Source: Acidobacteriaceae bacterium (GTDB lineage: Bacteria > Acidobacteriota > Terriglobia > Terriglobales > Acidobacteriaceae). From it: DNA of 39,712 nt. Below, one piece after another: positions 8,274 to 16,936 of the stretch; within the stretch, counting starts at the first letter, position 1, and every line of letters begins with the position of its first letter. The stretch covers positions 3,713-43,424 of the forward strand of contig PMXB01000039.1 of assembly GCA_003165935.1 (NCBI GenBank), given 5' to 3'. Made by a program: the position numbers and the translations under genes. The notes below the pieces were generated by a model, which was not told the origin of the DNA, did no database searches, and worked only from the letters and a program-made list of their open reading frames with translations.

Positions 8274-9232
8274 GCTCCGATCCAAGCCTGAATCCGTCTG
8301 CTGCATCGGGTGGAAAGATTCACCTTCGCCTGCCGGCAACCTCGGCGAATCTCGGCCCGGGGTTTGATGCAGCCGCCGTTGCACTCGACTTCGCGTTGGA
8401 GATCGATGCAGAGCCGGCGGCAGAGTTCTCCATCCAGGCGTCGGGGCGCGATGCGGAACGCTGCGCAAATCTTGACGACAATCTGATCCTTGGTATCTAC
8501 AAAGAACTTCTATTGAGCCACGGACGGCCGGTGGTTCCGCTGGCGATCCGCATGGACAACGGAATTCCGCTCGGGATGGGCTGCGGCTCATCGGCAGCGG
8601 GCCGCCTGGCTGCGATTGCCCTCGCTGTGCACTTCGGCCAACTCGGCTGGAACTCCGACCGCATTCTTGAAGAGGCCTGCGTTCTTGAAGGCCATCCGGA
8701 TAATGCGGCAGCATGCTGGCTGGGCGGCTTTGTTGCGGCTGCCAGCGAAGGCAGAACCGTTCATGTTGCCCGCGTCGAGCCGCCGGAAGAATGGCGCGCC
8801 GTCGTTGCAACCCCTTCCGAACCTTTGGCCACGAGCAAAGCCCGTGCAGCGTTGCCAGCGACCTATTCACTCGCCGACGCAGTCTTGAACATCCAGTCGG
8901 TCGCACTCCTGGGGCTCGCATTTGCCCAGGGCAGGGGAGACCTGCTCCGCGCGGCCATGCAGGACCGGATTCACCAGCCGTACCGTGGTCCGCTTTGCCC
9001 GCTCCTTCCGAGACTTCTGCCACTTGCCGGCAAAAGCGGTATTCTGGGTGTGGCATTGAGTGGCGCCGGGCCCTCTGTGCTCCTGATCATCGAGAGCGAA
9101 CGGAGCCTGGATGCGGCTTTGGCCGCTATTCGGCTTCAGATCAATGACCTACAGGACGTCGAACTGCGGGTATCCCGTCTTGAGGCGCATGGCGCACGTG
9201 AGATGGCTCCGAGTTTCCTGGCCGGAAAATAG
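8270..9232 (+). CDS. thrB: Homoserine kinase
   Basis: PATSANLGPGFD, IPLGMGCGSSAA, EGHPDN, DRIHQPYR and LSGAGPS motifs; ATGA overlap with thrC. Confidence 0.95.
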   Translation: MSSDPSLNPSAASGGKIHLRLPATSANLGPGFDAAAVALDFALEIDAEPAAEFSIQASGRDAERCANLDDNLILGIYKELLLSHGRPVVPLAIRMDNGIPLGMGCGSSAAGRLAAIALAVHFGQLGWNSDRILEEACVLEGHPDNAAACWLGGFVAAASEGRTVHVARVEPPEEWRAVVATPSEPLATSKARAALPATYSLADAVLNIQSVALLGLAFAQGRGDLLRAAMQDRIHQPYRGPLCPLLPRLLPLAGKSGILGVALSGAGPSVLLIIESERSLDAALAAIRLQINDLQDVELRVSRLEAHGAREMAPSFLAGK

Positions 9233-9376
9233 TCTGGATGGAGCAGGCGAATGGGAGAAAGGTCGATTACCGGGTATCGAATCAGTAAACCATTCATGCT
9301 AGTTAATATCTAAATAGATAATCACCCAACGGTCATTACTTTTTGTCATTACTGAAGTTTTCTTGATATTCCAGCA

Positions 9377-9466
9377 AGGAACACATACATTCGCAGCGTG
9401 GGCAGTTCTGGGGGAGGGCTGCTCTAGCGCCCGTGGTCCTAATCAGGATCCGGGCGCTTCTCTTTT
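9377..9466 (+). ncRNA. Candidate small RNA (two hairpins, the second an intrinsic terminator)
   Basis: Promoter-like TTGTCA-N16-GATATT (9343-9370). 10-bp stem 9400-9424 with a GGGGG loop. Terminator stem 9426-9458 followed by TCTCTTTT. No ORF between promoter and terminator. Confidence 0.45.
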
Positions 9467-9658
9467 GAGCCAGTGGAAAGGTTTACCTTCTGATAAACCT
9501 CGTGACCGCTGAGTCGCGCCACCAACTTGAAACCATCGCACCACGAAGGTAACGTTCTCTGATTGCACCTGACTTGCGACTTTCGCACAGCCGTGCGCAT
9601 CTTAGAGAAGCACGGTTGCCGATATACTGATTATAGACAGGCAAACGCAAGGAGGAAC

Positions 9659-9991
9659 ATGGCAGGAGCAGGTGTTTTGGCAGTAAGCGACGCAACGTTC
9701 GACAAGGAAGTGCTGCAAAGCGAGCAGCCGGTGCTGGTGGATTTCTGGGCGGCCTGGTGCGGCCCTTGCAAGGCGATCGCGCCCATCGTGGACAGCGTTG
9801 CGACGTCCTACGCAGGCAGGCTGAAGGTTACCAAGGTTGACGTGGACTCGAATAGTGCGACACCTTCGCGCTACGGAATTCGAGGGATTCCGGCATTGCT
9901 GTTCTTCAAGGGCGGCAAGGTTGCGGACCAGGTTGTCGGCTACGTTCCGCAGGACGTGATTGATGAGAAGATCCAGAAGTTACTGGCCTGA
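9659..9991 (+). CDS. trxA: Thioredoxin
   Basis: VLVDFWAAWCGPCK and GIPAL motifs; SD AAGGAGG just before ATG 9659. Confidence 0.96.
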   Translation: MAGAGVLAVSDATFDKEVLQSEQPVLVDFWAAWCGPCKAIAPIVDSVATSYAGRLKVTKVDVDSNSATPSRYGIRGIPALLFFKGGKVADQVVGYVPQDVIDEKIQKLLA

Positions 9992-10014
9992 TCTCGGCAC
10001 AGATTTGAAGCGAC

Positions 10015-10042
10015 ACAAGCCCGGCTTTGGCCGGGCTTTGTT
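10015..10042 (+). terminator. Rho-independent terminator after trxA
   Basis: AAGCCCGGC-tttg-GCCGGGCTT followed by TGTT. Confidence 0.7.
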
Positions 10043-10129
10043 GCGTGAAGCGAATTGTTTTGGGCGAAACGATCGGCGGGGATTTCCAGAAGCTGTCTCA
10101 TAAATCTTGGCGAGCCGAAAGAGAGCATC

Positions 10130-10262
10130 CCTCAGGGGCTAAAGCCCGCGTCTTTGTTGGCCTTTGGCGGCACCCTTCGACTGCGCTCAAGGCAGGCTCT
10201 GAAGTCGTGCCTTTTCAAAGCGCCATTCTTGCGCCGCGGCTGAAGGCGCGTCCTTACAAAAC
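10130..10262. repeat. Composite intergenic palindromic repeat (GGGCTAAAGCCC / GGCAC..CTGAAGTCGTGCC type)
   Basis: GGGCTAAAGCCC (10136-10147); GGCAC...CTGAAGTCGTGCC interrupted by CCTTCGACTGCGCTCAAGGCAGGCT; degenerate copy GCCGCGGCTGAAGGCGCGTCC. Confidence 0.6.
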
Positions 10263-10281
10263 ACCATTTAGGAGACCAGTT

Positions 10282-11016
10282 CTAGTGTCCCGCCGGCGAA
10301 GCCATGGCAGCCAGCGCAGGAATTGGCTCAAGACCAAGTCGAGTGCGGCAATCGTCAAGAATATCTTTGGTGCGGGTGGCCCCAACGCGCGTCACTCCGA
10401 TGGCGCGCACAGCGAGCAGGGCATCCAGGTCGCGAATTCCGCCGGCCGCTTTCACCTGCACGCGTGGTGGTGAATATTTGCGCATTAATTGGAGGTCGGC
10501 CTTGGTGGCTCCGCTGGCTGCATACCCGGTAGAAGTCTTCACCCAATCGGCACCCACCTCGCTGGATATCAGGCATAGCCGCTGCTTGGATGCGTCGTCA
10601 AAATACGCGTTCTCGAAGATCACCTTGATCTTCGCCCCGGCGCCGTGAATCAGCGACGCAAGCGTGGACAACTCATTCTTCACGTACGCCCAATCGCCGC
10701 TCCTTGCCTTGCTGATGTTGATCACCACATCCAACTCTTTCCCGCCGTCGACGAGCGCTTGCTTCGCCTCGGCTATCTTGATTGTGGTCGCATGGCCGCC
10801 ATGCGGGAAGCCGATGGTTGTGCTCGCAATCACCGATGTGCCGGTAAGCCGCTGGGAAGTCTTTTGAAGGTAATAAGGCAGGATGCAGACACTCGCCACG
10901 TTGTAGCGGGTCGCAAGCAGAATTCCGTCATCCAGTTCTTTGGTGGTCAGTGCAGGATTCAGCAGCGAATGATCAATCATCTTCGCAATTTCGCGATAAC
11001 TGTATGCAGGAGGCAC
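10282..11016 (-). CDS. deoC: Deoxyribose-phosphate aldolase
   Basis: IDHSLL, IGFPHG, ELDVVIN, KVIFE, VKTSTG, VKAAGGIR and RVGAT motifs. Confidence 0.94.
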   Translation of the reverse strand: MPPAYSYREIAKMIDHSLLNPALTTKELDDGILLATRYNVASVCILPYYLQKTSQRLTGTSVIASTTIGFPHGGHATTIKIAEAKQALVDGGKELDVVINISKARSGDWAYVKNELSTLASLIHGAGAKIKVIFENAYFDDASKQRLCLISSEVGADWVKTSTGYAASGATKADLQLMRKYSPPRVQVKAAGGIRDLDALLAVRAIGVTRVGATRTKDILDDCRTRLGLEPIPALAAMASPAGH

Positions 11017-11171
11017 GAGGGTTCTCCATTTGTGCAGGGGTTTTTTTGCCCGGAACCCGGGCTGCGATGAGCAAAGGGAGAAAGATCATGCTCACGCATC
11101 CAAACCGAGTGTACATCCAGAGCCGGGCTGGCTGCGATGGTTGCCTTGACCCCTGAGGCGCTGAAACACGC

Positions 11172-11777
11172 CTATTTGTACTTGCGAAGAACTCCCAGCA
11201 CACGCCCTTGAATGGCAACTTGTCCGGCTGGAACGTAAATCGGTTCCATCTCGCTATTTGCCGGCTGCAGCCGCACCTGGCTCCCCTCGGCGTAGAACCG
11301 CTTGAGCGTAGTCTCGGCGCCGTGAACCAGCGCGACTACGATCTCGCCCTGGCGCGCCGTGCGCGTGCGCTCCACCAGCACATAGTCGCCGCTGATAATG
11401 TGCTCGTCTCGCATTGAGTCGCCCCGCACTTCGAGGGCGAATACATCGCGGTTTCCCACCACATCGTGCAGCGAAATGGTCTCCGGATTTTCGGTGGTCT
11501 CAACAGGCAATCCTGCGGCGATCCGCCCAGCCAGGGGCAGCCTATCGCTGGTCCGTGTCCGGGTTCCGGGCGGGACCACATCGATGGAGCGGCTGCGATT
11601 GTGCACACGGTCAAGAAGCCCTTTCTTCTCGAGGTTGGTAATGTGCTTGTGCACTGTGGCCAGGCTCTTCAGCCCCATACCGCGCGCAATCTCTTCAAAC
11701 GACGGAGAATAACCGTTGCGCCCAACAAAGGACTCCAAAAAATCGAGGATCTCTTTCTGCCTACGCGTGACTGCCAT
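11172..11777 (-). CDS. lexA: LexA SOS repressor
   Basis: TRRQKEIL..., PSFEEIA HTH, GRIAAG cleavage site, VRGDSM and TTLKRF motifs. The true start is likely ATG 11777. Confidence 0.96.
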   Translation of the reverse strand: MAVTRRQKEILDFLESFVGRNGYSPSFEEIARGMGLKSLATVHKHITNLEKKGLLDRVHNRSRSIDVVPPGTRTRTSDRLPLAGRIAAGLPVETTENPETISLHDVVGNRDVFALEVRGDSMRDEHIISGDYVLVERTRTARQGEIVVALVHGAETTLKRFYAEGSQVRLQPANSEMEPIYVPAGQVAIQGRVLGVLRKYK

Positions 11778-11783
11778 GCGGAA

Positions 11784-11811
11784 AGTATAGCGAATAAAAA
11801 GCGAATCGAAC
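11784..11811 (-). promoter_or_regulatory. lexA promoter: -10 TATACT flanked by a LexA-box-like ATTC-N7-ATTC
   Basis: Minus strand GTTCgATTC-gcttttt-ATTCgc-TATACT-ttccgc-ATG. It resembles the GTTC-N7-GTTC direct-repeat box known for alphaproteobacterial and Acidobacterium LexA. Confidence 0.7.
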
Positions 11812-11943
11812 AGAATTCTTTCTTTCTTCTCCACATCCAGAGGTAACCGGGCGGATTCCTCCCCGGTAAATGCCCGGATCCGAATGCCGTCACAGCCCGG
11901 CAAGAACCGGTTTGCGCTGCTTTTGGAGCCTTGGAAGCCGGTT

Positions 11944-11959
11944 CGGTCCTAAAGTTGCG
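11944..11959 (+). promoter_or_regulatory. Possible sigma-54 promoter upstream of the GGDEF gene
   Basis: CGGTCC-TAAAG-TTGCG gives GG-N10-GC with a TTGC -12 element. The -24 element deviates from TGGCAC. Confidence 0.4.
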
Positions 11960-12030
11960 CGATTGAGTTGCCGATAGATGGAACGAACGCTCGCCGGTCG
12001 TATCCAACTCAGCGCGGAGCACAGACGCCA

Positions 12031-13101
12031 GTGATTTCACTCAAGAAGTACCTTGATTCGGATAAGTCTGAATTGCCTCGGGTAATTCACCAGGACCCGC
12101 GCGAAGTGTTGCCTGCCGCCATCAAGGCCTATCGTTCGGCACTTGTTGAGATGGGAAGTTGCAGCACAGACGCTTGTCCTGCACTCGGCAATGACCTGAA
12201 ACGCGAACTTGGCCGGCTGGAGATTGGCCTTGCGTCCGTGATGAACTGCGAGCAGGTTGAGACTACCCAAAAGAATGTCCAGGAGCAGTTACAGGATTGG
12301 GGGCGCCGAACCGCCGCTCACTATCGGCAGACTACCGGCGAGGTAAAGGACCTGCTTCTGGTGATGGCTCGTACCGCCGAGGCGGTGGGCGAACGCGACC
12401 AGCGTTGTGCCGGCCAGCTCAGCAACGTCACAACCCGCCTCGAACGCATCGCCAGCCTCGAGGACCTGGCGGAGATACGGGTCTCGATCGAGCAAAGTGC
12501 GACGGAGTTGAAGTGCTCTCTCGACCGGATGGCCGCGGAAGGCAAGGCGGCCGTCGAGCAACTGCGTGCAGAGGTATCGCTTTATCAGGCGAAGCTGGAA
12601 ATCGCTGAAGAGACAGCCTCGCGCGACTCGCTCACGGGTCTCCGCAATCGCGTCTGGATGGAAGCTCAGATTGAGCGGCGTCTGGCGCGCAACGGGCCGC
12701 TCACACTCGCCATTGTCGACATCGACAAGTTCAAGGCAGTAAACGATGAACACGGCCATCTCGTTGGAGATGAGCTGCTTCGCATGTTCGCGGGCGAACT
12801 GCAGTCCGCCTCCCGCTCCACCGATCTGATTGGTCGCTGGGGCGGCGACGAGTTCATTCTCGCGCTCGAGTGCCGCCTTGAGGAAGCAAGAACGCAGATT
12901 GACCGGCTTAGCGCCTGGGCGTGCGGGAGCTACAAGGTCGGCGGCAGCGTGGTGCCCATCGAGATAGACGTCGAAGCATCGATCGGGCTGGCGGAACGGG
13001 CTCCTGAGGAGTCAATGGCCTCCATGCTCACTCGCGCCGACGCCGAGATGTACAGGCAGAAGAATGCCTCGCGCAACGGTCGCAAGCGCTTGAGAACCTG
13101 A
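12031..13101 (+). CDS. Diguanylate cyclase (coiled-coil N-terminus, GGDEF domain)
   Basis: DSLTGLRNR, DIDKFKAVNDEHGHLVGD, RSTD I-site, RWGGDEF, SIG and ADAEMY motifs. Probable GTG start at 12031. Confidence 0.92.
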   Translation: MISLKKYLDSDKSELPRVIHQDPREVLPAAIKAYRSALVEMGSCSTDACPALGNDLKRELGRLEIGLASVMNCEQVETTQKNVQEQLQDWGRRTAAHYRQTTGEVKDLLLVMARTAEAVGERDQRCAGQLSNVTTRLERIASLEDLAEIRVSIEQSATELKCSLDRMAAEGKAAVEQLRAEVSLYQAKLEIAEETASRDSLTGLRNRVWMEAQIERRLARNGPLTLAIVDIDKFKAVNDEHGHLVGDELLRMFAGELQSASRSTDLIGRWGGDEFILALECRLEEARTQIDRLSAWACGSYKVGGSVVPIEIDVEASIGLAERAPEESMASMLTRADAEMYRQKNASRNGRKRLRT

Positions 13102-13349
13102 CGTTCGTTCAGGCCACGGCCGCTTTTGGGGCCGTGATGATGGGTCTATGGTGATCCCATTTCGGGATTGGATTCCGCCATGAATCCAACTCAGGAATGT
13201 TCCGTCGATCTTTCCTCGCTCAAATCTTGAGTTCCTCACTCTTCAGAGAGAAGGTGATTGTGTGCCCGGACTAATCAAGGCCGAGCGATATGTTCGATGC
13301 CCAGTATAGGCATCGGGTCGCGGGCACAGGAAGCGAAGGACGAGTTGCA

Positions 13350-14102
13350 ATGAAGCTACTAATCGCCGAAGACGACAGCGCATTGGGGTTGTTTCTTAGC
13401 CGCGGCCTTGAGGCCGATGGTCACCGTGTTCGAGTGGCGCCGGATGGTGGTGTCGCTGTGGAAGCGTTTCGTCAGGATTTGCCGGACCTGACAATCCTCG
13501 ACCTGAATCTTCCAGTCATGGATGGCGAGCAGGTTCTGGAGGAGTTTAGGGCCATTGACCCCGACTCGCCGGTGCTTGTACTAACGGCCCGGCAGGAGGT
13601 AGATACTCGAGTTCGCTGTCTCGACCGGGGCGCCGACGACCTGATGATCAAGCCGTTCAGCCTGCATGAACTGCGTGCGCGCTGCCGCGCTCTGTTGCGC
13701 CGCAAGCGGGACACGCGGCTTCAGTTGCGGGCCGGCGATCTTGAGCTCGACCGGCTGGATCATACCGTCCACCGCGATGGTCTGCCCATCCTGCTCACGA
13801 ACAAAGAGTTCGCCTTGCTCGAGCGCCTGATGCTCAATCGCGGGCAATGTGTCTCCCGCGTCGAGCTTCTGGACACAGTTTGGAACATGGAGCCCGTGCA
13901 GACTACCAACATCGTGGATGTGTATATCAACTATCTGCGCCGCAAGCTGCACGATCCGCCGCCGGGCATTCTGATTCGCACCGTGCGTGGACAGGGATAC
14001 ATGGTTCCTTCGGATGCGGAGCTTGGTCTGCTTGTCTCCGCCGCCGCGCATGTCTTCGCTGAGCAACTCCCTGAGGTCCTCTCAGCCTCCGACATTCGCT
14101 GA
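13350..14102 (+). CDS. OmpR/PhoB-family response regulator
   Basis: MKLLIAEDD, ILDLNLP, GADD..KPF; winged helix LTNKEF...NIVDVYINYLRRKL...IRTVRGQGY. Confidence 0.94.
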   Translation: MKLLIAEDDSALGLFLSRGLEADGHRVRVAPDGGVAVEAFRQDLPDLTILDLNLPVMDGEQVLEEFRAIDPDSPVLVLTARQEVDTRVRCLDRGADDLMIKPFSLHELRARCRALLRRKRDTRLQLRAGDLELDRLDHTVHRDGLPILLTNKEFALLERLMLNRGQCVSRVELLDTVWNMEPVQTTNIVDVYINYLRRKLHDPPPGILIRTVRGQGYMVPSDAELGLLVSAAAHVFAEQLPEVLSASDIR

Positions 14103-14137
14103 CCATTCTTAACTTATTTCCGCCGAGGAGAAAGCCA

Positions 14138-15475
14138 ATGCAGTGTGTTCCCGTCTCCGTAGTTGCTTCCAATTCTGTGCGGCCGCGCACGCGCACCGTT
14201 CTTGTGGCCAGTGCCGATCGCAGTTTTCGCCAGCGAATTGCCGAAACTCTCACCGGGCTGCGCTGGCAGGTTCGCGAAGTCGAAGGCGGGGCGCAGGCGT
14301 GGGCCGAGGCTGACGCGGCTGCCCCCGAGGCATTCATCGTCGATGCGTGGCTGCCCGATCTTGAGATGGGAGAGTTTCTCAAGGAGTTTCACGGCAGATT
14401 CCCGGCAGTCGATGTGGTCACCGCCAGCGGTGAACCGGAGATAGACACCGCACGGGGCCCCTACCGCCAGGAACTGCTCTATGCGCTTCGCCGCTCCCAG
14501 GATAACGACACCGCGGTATGGAATGCCGCGCCGATGCTGGCGGAGCCAAACACAAGACCGGCGCGGACCACACCGGCCCAGGCGCAGCCGGAAACATATT
14601 CCGTGCAAACCTCGGCAGCAAACGGCTTCACTGGAGGCTCGATCGCGGTTCCAGGGAAGACTGTCTCCATTCGTCCCCTTGCGCCGACCTCAAATCCCTC
14701 CATTTCCAGCACGGAACGGCTTCCGGAACTGGTTGGCAACGATGCATCCATGCTTGAGGTCAGCCGCCGTGTGCGGCTGGTGGCTCCGCGCATGGCGCCG
14801 GTGTTGATCGAAGGGCCGACCGGATCCGGCAAGGAGCTGGTGGCTGAGGCGCTGCATCGCCTTTCAACGCGAAGCCGCAAGCCGTTCGTAGCCATCAACT
14901 GCGCGGCAATCCCCGAGTCGCTTCTCGAGGCCGAACTTTTCGGACACACGCGCGGCGCATTTACGGGCGCAGTGCAGGGCAGGGTAGGCCGCATCGAGGC
15001 AGCCGATGGCGGAACGCTGTTTCTGGACGAGATCGGCGAGATGCCCCTGGGTCTCCAGTCGAAGCTTCTGCGCTTTGTCGAGTGCGGCGAACTGCAACGT
15101 GTGGGCGACAACGAGACTGTGAAGGTGGATGTGAGGATTATCGCTGCGACCCACCAGCACCTTGCGCAACAGACGCAGAGCGGCGCATTTCGCGCCGATC
15201 TCTACTACCGGCTGGCGGTGTTTCTCATCCGCACACCCGCTCTTTCCGAGCATCCCGCCGATCTGGCGATGCTGGTCGACCACTTCCTCGCGCGCCTGGG
15301 CCGCGAAGCTCCGGTGAAGGGCATCGAGCCCGCTGCATTGGCCAAACTCGCCGCACACGATTGGCCAGGCAATGTGCGCGAACTTGAGCATGTGCTCGAA
15401 CGCGCTGTAATCCTCGCCGGGGATGAGCCGGCGGTGAGCGCACGCGAGATCGACTTCGGCCTGAGTATCAATTAA
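14138..15475 (+). CDS. Sigma-54 enhancer-binding protein (atypical REC + AAA+), lacking the C-terminal HTH
   Basis: GPTGSGKE, INCAAI, ELFGH..GAFTGA, GGTLFLDEIGE, FRADLYYRL and WPGNVREL motifs. The protein ends about 30 aa after WPGN. Confidence 0.92.
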   Translation: MQCVPVSVVASNSVRPRTRTVLVASADRSFRQRIAETLTGLRWQVREVEGGAQAWAEADAAAPEAFIVDAWLPDLEMGEFLKEFHGRFPAVDVVTASGEPEIDTARGPYRQELLYALRRSQDNDTAVWNAAPMLAEPNTRPARTTPAQAQPETYSVQTSAANGFTGGSIAVPGKTVSIRPLAPTSNPSISSTERLPELVGNDASMLEVSRRVRLVAPRMAPVLIEGPTGSGKELVAEALHRLSTRSRKPFVAINCAAIPESLLEAELFGHTRGAFTGAVQGRVGRIEAADGGTLFLDEIGEMPLGLQSKLLRFVECGELQRVGDNETVKVDVRIIAATHQHLAQQTQSGAFRADLYYRLAVFLIRTPALSEHPADLAMLVDHFLARLGREAPVKGIEPAALAKLAAHDWPGNVRELEHVLERAVILAGDEPAVSAREIDFGLSIN

Positions 15476-15527
15476 CCAAGTCAGGAGAGTCATCCCGCTG
15501 GCGAAGAAACCTTCGGAGGTTCGGGCT

Positions 15528-15890
15528 ATGGACGTTGAGACTCGGATGGGCGAGGCAATCGGCCGTTATCTCGATCTTGCCACCAGCGAGATCAAGCTCA
15601 CGGCCGCCAACATGGCCAACATCGATACGCCGGGATACAAGGCGGTTGGATTGGACTTTGAGGCCGAGATGCGCGAGGCGCTGGACGATGTGAACAAGGG
15701 AAGTCCTGCGCGGGCAACGCGCGTGCGCATTGTCGACGGCCTGGTCGCTCGTCCCGATGGCAACGATGTTTCGATGGACCGTGAGGGTCTGAACCTAGCC
15801 GAGGCGCAGTTGAAGTTTCGGGTCGGCGTCACGCTGCTGCACGCGGAAAACCAGCGCGTGATGGACGCCATCCGCGCCGACAGCAAGTAG
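15528..15890 (+). CDS. flgB: Flagellar basal-body rod protein FlgB
   Basis: ANMANIDTPGYKA and RPDGNDVSMDRE motifs. Confidence 0.92.
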   Translation: MDVETRMGEAIGRYLDLATSEIKLTAANMANIDTPGYKAVGLDFEAEMREALDDVNKGSPARATRVRIVDGLVARPDGNDVSMDREGLNLAEAQLKFRVGVTLLHAENQRVMDAIRADSK

Positions 15891-15967
15891 TTGGGCGGAT
15901 CTGAAGATTCCGGGGACTTCTGTCTCGGCAAGTTCGGTCCTGAGACGGCAATCAAAGGAGGGCGGCG

Positions 15968-16477
15968 ATGAATCTATTCGCGATGATGGAGACCTCGGGT
16001 GGCGCGATGCAGGCCGAGCGCATGCGCGCGGAGGTGGTTGCAGCCAACATGGCAAACGCGGAGACGACGCGCACAGCTTCCGGAACCCCTTATCGCCGCC
16101 AGCATGTGGTCTTCGCGTCGAACACAGGCAGTACCGACTCGGCCAATCCGGACTTCAGCAGCGTTCTCGGCAATGAGGCCGGGAGTGTCTTCGCGACGCC
16201 GATCTCTGCGCCTGAGTCTGGCTCAATCTCCGGCCAGGCTGTTGTTCCCGGCGTGCACATTGCCGGCGTTGTAGAGGACACCGCGCCTCCGTTGAAGCGC
16301 TACGATCCGGGCCATCCAGATGCGGGGCCGGATGGCTACGTCGCTTACCCGGACATTAATCCGATTACAGAAATGGTGGACCTGATGGGAGCCACGCGTG
16401 CCTATGGCCTCAACAGTTCCGCCGTTCAGGCCGAGAAGGGCATGATCACCTCTGCACTCGATATCGCGAAGACTTAG
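15968..16477 (+). CDS. flgC: Flagellar basal-body rod protein FlgC
   Basis: ANMANAETT, PYRRQ and YDPGHPDA..DGYV.YPDIN..EMVDL motifs. Confidence 0.95.
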   Translation: MNLFAMMETSGGAMQAERMRAEVVAANMANAETTRTASGTPYRRQHVVFASNTGSTDSANPDFSSVLGNEAGSVFATPISAPESGSISGQAVVPGVHIAGVVEDTAPPLKRYDPGHPDAGPDGYVAYPDINPITEMVDLMGATRAYGLNSSAVQAEKGMITSALDIAKT

Positions 16478-16564
16478 GCGCAGGAGAGGTTCCAGAATCG
16501 AGCGGATAGAAGTGCAGCAGCGAATTATCAAAGCAGGAAATATCAAGGCAGGGAGGGACTGACC

Positions 16565-16894
16565 ATGTTGCCCATTCTGAATCCAATTAGCTCAGCCGCG
16601 GGTCCGTCCAGTTCTTCCGCAGGCATCGGTCCCGGCACAGTGTCTTCAGCCTCGGGCTCATCGACAACCGAGCCGGTCGCGTTTTCCGGCCTGCTGACCG
16701 ATGCTGTTGGTCAGGTCAGCCATCTTGAGGACGCGGCACGTACCGCGATGACCGGTCTGATGACCGGCACTGGAGTCGATGTTCACCAGGCGATGATCGC
16801 CACCGAGAAGGCAAGCATGGCCTTTGAACTCGCCCTCGCCGTGCGCAACAAGGCGGTCCAGGCCTATCAGCAGGTAATGGGCATGCAGTTCTAG
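16565..16894 (+). CDS. fliE: Flagellar hook-basal body protein FliE
   Basis: DVHQAMIATEKA...VRNKAVQAYQQVMGMQF. Confidence 0.93.
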   Translation: MLPILNPISSAAGPSSSSAGIGPGTVSSASGSSTTEPVAFSGLLTDAVGQVSHLEDAARTAMTGLMTGTGVDVHQAMIATEKASMAFELALAVRNKAVQAYQQVMGMQF

Positions 16895-16936
16895 CAGGAC
16901 CGTGAATAGAGGAAAGGGAAGCAGTCCCTGGACAAT

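Noticed and set aside
9563-9658. N-terminal extension of thioredoxin in the ORF track (likewise lexA 11778-11903 and fliG 18522-18605)
   Set aside because: SD or -10 signals and family-typical N-termini point to the downstream starts.
10027-10473. 148-aa ORF across the trxA-deoC spacer
   Set aside because: It is read through a repeat element and overlaps deoC antisense.
11041-11062. T7 run plus GCCCGG/CCGGGC hairpin as a lexA terminator
   Set aside because: The U tract is on the wrong side of the stem for either strand.
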